Source: an uncultured Alphaproteobacteria bacterium
GTDB lineage: Bacteria > Pseudomonadota > Alphaproteobacteria > Rs-D84
DNA length: 64,000 bases
NCBI GenBank assembly: GCA_947053455.1
Contig: CAMRSV010000001.1
Coordinates: 113,010 to 177,009 of the forward strand
Direction of reading: 5' to 3'
Part shown: positions 60,561 through 64,000 of the stretch, in pieces
Position numbering within the stretch: position 1 is the stretch's first letter
Layout: each line of letters begins with the position of its first letter
The notes under the pieces: model-generated
The model's input: only the letters and a program-made list of their open reading frames with translations
Databases searched by the model: none
What the model was told of the DNA's origin: nothing
Made by a program: the position numbers and the translations under genes

Positions 60561-60918
60561 ATATGTTTTTTTAATAATGGCATCCATAATGCTTGGTCAT
60601 GGGCGGATGGTTTGTTTTACATCAAGGCATTTGATTTTAATTAGGGGCACGGGGATTTTTCATCTGATGCCCCCAGTTGCGGGCAGATTACAGTATTTTA
60701 ATACCTTTATCTGCATTTTTGGTCTGTTTTAGTATTTTATTTACCTATAATATATCGCCACAGCCGGGTGATTTTCATATTTTATGTCATTATGTGCGTT
60801 TTTTTTTTGTCTGTGGTGATATGCTTATCTGCTTGATTTCATAAAGTGCCGGTATTTTTAATGGCAAATGGTCAATATAGTTAAAATTTGATGATGATAT
60901 ATGAATATTTATAAAAAA

Positions 60919-60950
60919 AGCGCGGACAATTGTCCGCGCTTAAACAACGT
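60919..60950 (-). terminator. Terminator downstream of pal
   Basis: Perfect palindrome AGCGCGGACAATTGTCCGCGCT with an A/T run. Confidence 0.6.
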
Positions 60951-60958
60951 AACTGTTA

Positions 60959-61375
60959 TTATTTAACAGTTGTTGTGGCGTTACGATTCCATTTCCAGAC
61001 ATTTTCGCCAGTACCTTTAACCAACGGGCGTTCTTTGCCATAAGAAATTGTGGAAATACGGTTTGCCTCAACACCATCTTTTACCAAAACAGTCTTGGCT
61101 GCGTTCGCACGACGTGCGCCCAACGCCAAGTTGTATTCGCTTGAACCGCGTTCGTCGCAGTTACCAGCGATTTGAATCTTGGTATCTGCATGGTTTTTCA
61201 TATACAGAGCCTGACCCAGCAGGTTATCGCGCGCTTCGTCAGAAATTTCATACGAATTGAACGCAAAGAATACACGCTGGTCATTCAGGTCCGCCGGTTC
61301 AACGATATTAGAGCCACCACAAGCAGCCAAAATGCCCGCTGCGCCAGCCAACAAAGCAAAGTTTTTAATTTTCAT
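60959..61375 (-). CDS. pal: Peptidoglycan-associated lipoprotein (OmpA-family)
   Basis: Lipobox LAACGG. OmpA-like NLALGARRANAAKTVL. Confidence 0.85.
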   Translation of the reverse strand: MKIKNFALLAGAAGILAACGGSNIVEPADLNDQRVFFAFNSYEISDEARDNLLGQALYMKNHADTKIQIAGNCDERGSSEYNLALGARRANAAKTVLVKDGVEANRISTISYGKERPLVKGTGENVWKWNRNATTTVK

Positions 61376-61452
61376 GAAAATACTCCCTTGAGTTTCTGTT
61401 GCTCGTGTTTTAGTGTATAATAAAATAATGGCGAAATCAAGGGGAAAACAAA

Positions 61453-62253
61453 ATGTCGTTGGATATGTTGCGTGATTTGGAACTGGCCGGTGTTAAGTGG
61501 GAGATAAATGAAATACCCGCGGCATTGATGGCTGATGTCGCGGCGGCAACCGTTCATGACGGTGGGGCGCAAAAAAATATCGCGCAGACACATTGTGTTC
61601 CGCCATCGGCCGTGTCGCGCACGCGTGCATCTGTTGTACCGCCGGTGGCACCGGTGCGGCCCATTTCGGTGGAAACAGCGCGCGCAATGGCGGCGCGTCC
61701 CGGTGACATGCGGGCATTGTGCCGCATGATTGGCGAATTTAACCATCCACTGCGCGCCGGTGCAACAAATGTTGTTTTGCCGCATATCGCCGATGTCCAG
61801 GATTCAATGGTGATAATTACCGATATTCCCGGAACGGAAGATGACGCAACGGGGCGCATTTTGTCCGGGGGGGCGGGCGAACTTATGGATAAGATGTTGT
61901 CTGCAATTGGATTGACGCGCGACGTGGTGTCAATTGTTCCAATGTTGTTTTGGCGAACGCCGGGGGGGCGAACACCGACGGCGGAAGAACTAGACCTGTC
62001 GCGGCCATTTGTGGATAGGGCAATTGAACTGCTGCGGCCACGTGTTATTTTAACGCTTGGGACATTGGCCGCACAAGAGATTGCCAATGTTGCCCTGGGG
62101 CGTGGGCATGGGCAAATAACCCGATTGCCATCTGGCGCGGATTGCATGCCGATTTATCATCCAAACTATCTATTGCTAAAACCAGCGGCAAAGCGTGATG
62201 TGTGGGCGGCGTTGCAGGTTGTGCAAAATTTGTTGAAAAGTGCCCAATTATAG
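61453..62253 (+). CDS. Uracil-DNA glycosylase superfamily protein (family 4-like C-terminal domain with N-terminal extension)
   Basis: GTEDDATGRILSGGAGELMDKMLSAIGL and YHPNYLL motifs. No Fe-S cysteine cluster seen. Confidence 0.55.
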   Translation: MSLDMLRDLELAGVKWEINEIPAALMADVAAATVHDGGAQKNIAQTHCVPPSAVSRTRASVVPPVAPVRPISVETARAMAARPGDMRALCRMIGEFNHPLRAGATNVVLPHIADVQDSMVIITDIPGTEDDATGRILSGGAGELMDKMLSAIGLTRDVVSIVPMLFWRTPGGRTPTAEELDLSRPFVDRAIELLRPRVILTLGTLAAQEIANVALGRGHGQITRLPSGADCMPIYHPNYLLLKPAAKRDVWAALQVVQNLLKSAQL

Positions 62254-62288
62254 TTAATAATTTCATGGCATATTAAAAGGAGCATACA

Positions 62289-62837
62289 ATTAAAACAACA
62301 AATAACCGTGATAATCGCCGGGACACGGGCCCGCGCATGAATAATCGGATTTTTGCCAAAATGGTTCAGGTCATAAGTGCAGATGGGCAAAATCTGGGCA
62401 CAATGGCGACATCTGCTGCGTTGCAAATGGCAATGGACGAAGGAATGGATTTAGTTGAAATCAATGCCAACTCCACACCGCCAATTGTGAAAATAATGGA
62501 TTACGGCAAATTCAAATACGAACAGAAAAAACGTGCAAACGAGGCACGCAAAAACCAAAAAACGGTCGAAATGAAGGAACCTTGGGTAAAACCATTTATC
62601 GAGGAAAACGACCTGAATATAAAAATGAAAAAGGTTTTTGAATTCTTGGACGGCGGTAACAAAGTAAAAATTGCTGTTATGACGCGCGGTTCTAAAAAGG
62701 TTTTGGCACGCGGTAAGGATGCGGTTCCAGAACTTTTTGCACGCATTTTGGAAATTATTGGTGCGCGCGGAACGCTGGAGGCAAAGTCAAAGCCGGATGA
62801 ACGGACAAAATCAATTATCGTTGCCCCATCTAAATAA
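62289..62837 (+). CDS. infC: Translation initiation factor IF-3, AUU start codon
   Basis: Homology extends upstream of the first ATG (IKTTNNRDNRRDTGPRMNNRI aligns with the E. coli IF-3 N-terminus). ATT at 62289 is preceded by AAGGAG at an 8-nt spacing. Confidence 0.7.
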   Translation: MKTTNNRDNRRDTGPRMNNRIFAKMVQVISADGQNLGTMATSAALQMAMDEGMDLVEINANSTPPIVKIMDYGKFKYEQKKRANEARKNQKTVEMKEPWVKPFIEENDLNIKMKKVFEFLDGGNKVKIAVMTRGSKKVLARGKDAVPELFARILEIIGARGTLEAKSKPDERTKSIIVAPSK

Positions 62838-63006
62838 ATTATAGCGGCATATCTGCGAAAAAAACGGGTTGTTTAGGTAGTGTATATGTACTAGGCAACC
62901 CGTTTTTCACATGTTTGCGCTTTTCTAATTTATTTTGTGCTTCTGATTTTTTTATAGAAATTCTGATTTTTATTTTGTATCTTGAAGATGAATAAAAGGA
63001 TAGGAC

Positions 63007-63201
63007 GTGGACGAAAAAAAATTGTCTTTTGAAGAGGCTTACAAGCAGTTGATTGAACTGGTGAAAAAAATGGAAAGCGGTGAAATGCCGCTGTCTGATG
63101 CCGTGGCTGCGTATGAGCAGGGCATTAAATTAAAAGCATATTGCGAGCAATTGCTCAAAGAAGCTGAATTAAAAATCGAAACGCTGAAGGTCAACGCGTA
63201 A
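63007..63201 (+). CDS. xseB: Exodeoxyribonuclease VII small subunit
   Basis: 64 aa: LSFEEAYKQLIELVKKMESGEMPLSDAVAAYEQGIKL. GTG start with AAGGA SD. Confidence 0.75.
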   Translation: MDEKKLSFEEAYKQLIELVKKMESGEMPLSDAVAAYEQGIKLKAYCEQLLKEAELKIETLKVNA

Positions 63202-63234
63202 TCAATTAAATATTTCTAAACAAATGGATTTATT

Positions 63235-64000
63235 GTGGCGGAGAAAAAAATAAGTCCGGTAATGCAGCAATACCTTGACATGAAATCGGAAAATCCCGAT
63301 GCGCTGCTGATGTTCCGGTTGGGTGATTTTTACGAGGCGTTTTTTGACGACGCACGCGTAATAAGCGAAACATTGGGACTGGTCTTGACCCAGCGTGGGA
63401 CGGCAACCATGCCGGACGGCGAAAATATCCCGATGTGTGGCATTCCGTGGCATGCGGCGGATAATTATTTCGGACGCCTAGTTCGTGCAGGGCACAAGGT
63501 TGCGCTGGTTGAACAAATGGAAACCCCGGCCGAGGCCAAGGAACGTGGCCATAAGTACATAGAACGCAAGGTTATACGCGTGTTGACGCCGGGAACGCTG
63601 ACGGATGAAAATTTGCTGACACCAAAGAATTCAAATTTTCTGGTTGCGGTGTTACCCATGCCCGACGGCGGATTTGATATTGCCGGGTGCGATATTTCAA
63701 CGGGTGAATTTTTTGTCGGAAAAACAACTAATTTGATTGACGATTTGGTACGCGTTAACCCGGCCGAGGTTATTTATCCGGCCGCCGCCGCCGAAACAGA
63801 ACCGGTTATGAAACTGCGCGGATTATTTAAAACGACGCCTGTTTATGAAAAGTTATATACCCGTCAGGACATTGGTAAAATTGTTTCACGTATATTTGGC
63901 GGCGCAATATCTGGTGAAGGCGTCGCGTGTGAAAGTGCGGTTGCGCTGCTGGCCGGATATTTGTTTAATACACAGCGCGGGGCGAACATAATCTTTCGTG
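63235..64000 (+). CDS. mutS: DNA mismatch repair protein MutS (3' truncated by window edge)
   Basis: MQQYLDMKSENPDALLMFRLGDFYEAFFDDA N-terminal signature. Open to the end of the window. GTG 63235 or ATG 63262 as start. Confidence 0.8.
   Translation, partial: MAEKKISPVMQQYLDMKSENPDALLMFRLGDFYEAFFDDARVISETLGLVLTQRGTATMPDGENIPMCGIPWHAADNYFGRLVRAGHKVALVEQMETPAEAKERGHKYIERKVIRVLTPGTLTDENLLTPKNSNFLVAVLPMPDGGFDIAGCDISTGEFFVGKTTNLIDDLVRVNPAEVIYPAAAAETEPVMKLRGLFKTTPVYEKLYTRQDIGKIVSRIFGGAISGEGVACESAVALLAGYLFNTQRGANIIFR

Noticed and set aside
60538-60732. 64-aa ORF in the repeat tract
   Set aside because: Hydrophobic low-complexity translation of AT-rich repeat DNA, with no RBS.

Overview
This 64 kb window looks like a chromosomal segment of a reduced-genome alphaproteobacterium, probably an intracellular Rickettsiales/Holosporales-like symbiont. 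The evidence is the gene content: rsmG-parA-parB, nusA-infB, lptF/G-lptD-surA, mreCD-mrdA-rodA, lpxC/lpxK, a zinc-free L36 paralog, an AUU-start infC, and a virB3-virB4 pair. Most genes are housekeeping (ftsQ/ftsA, tsaE, uvrB, aspS, rlmN, ychF, dnaG, topA, rpmI-rplT-pheST, gpsA, pal, xseB, mutS). Between these sit several accessory or unusual elements.

- (i) A minus-strand module of about 6 kb (21.2-27.6 kb) encodes R64/type IVb-pilus-like assembly proteins: a PilO-like protein, a PilP-like protein, a GspE/PilB-type zinc-finger ATPase and a GspF/PilC-type platform, plus a lipoprotein and two unknown membrane proteins. No secretin, prepilin peptidase or canonical pilin is recognisable.
- (ii) Three paralogous small Cys-rich secreted proteins (2639-3076, 58647-58913, 58935-59300) have leaders that share a three-element TCCTGACC/GGTCAGGA alternative-pairing arrangement. 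The third element overlaps a terminator hairpin, which is attenuator/riboswitch-like.
- (iii) An ftsA ORF is fused in-frame to ribulose-phosphate 3-epimerase, with no ftsZ downstream.
- (iv) A near-identical palindrome (AAAAATACCGGCATTTGCCGGTATTTTTAT) recurs at four convergent gene junctions.
- (v) A 35-bp direct repeat flanks an XRE-type HTH gene and two about 140-nt structured repeats with compensatory stem changes.
- (vi) Seven copies of TTTCAACA lie in the virB3/L36 divergent intergenic region.
- (vii) A 1.65 kb repeat-rich non-coding tract lies upstream of the Cys-rich gene pair.

All calls rest on reading the sequence and ORF translations by eye. No database search was run.
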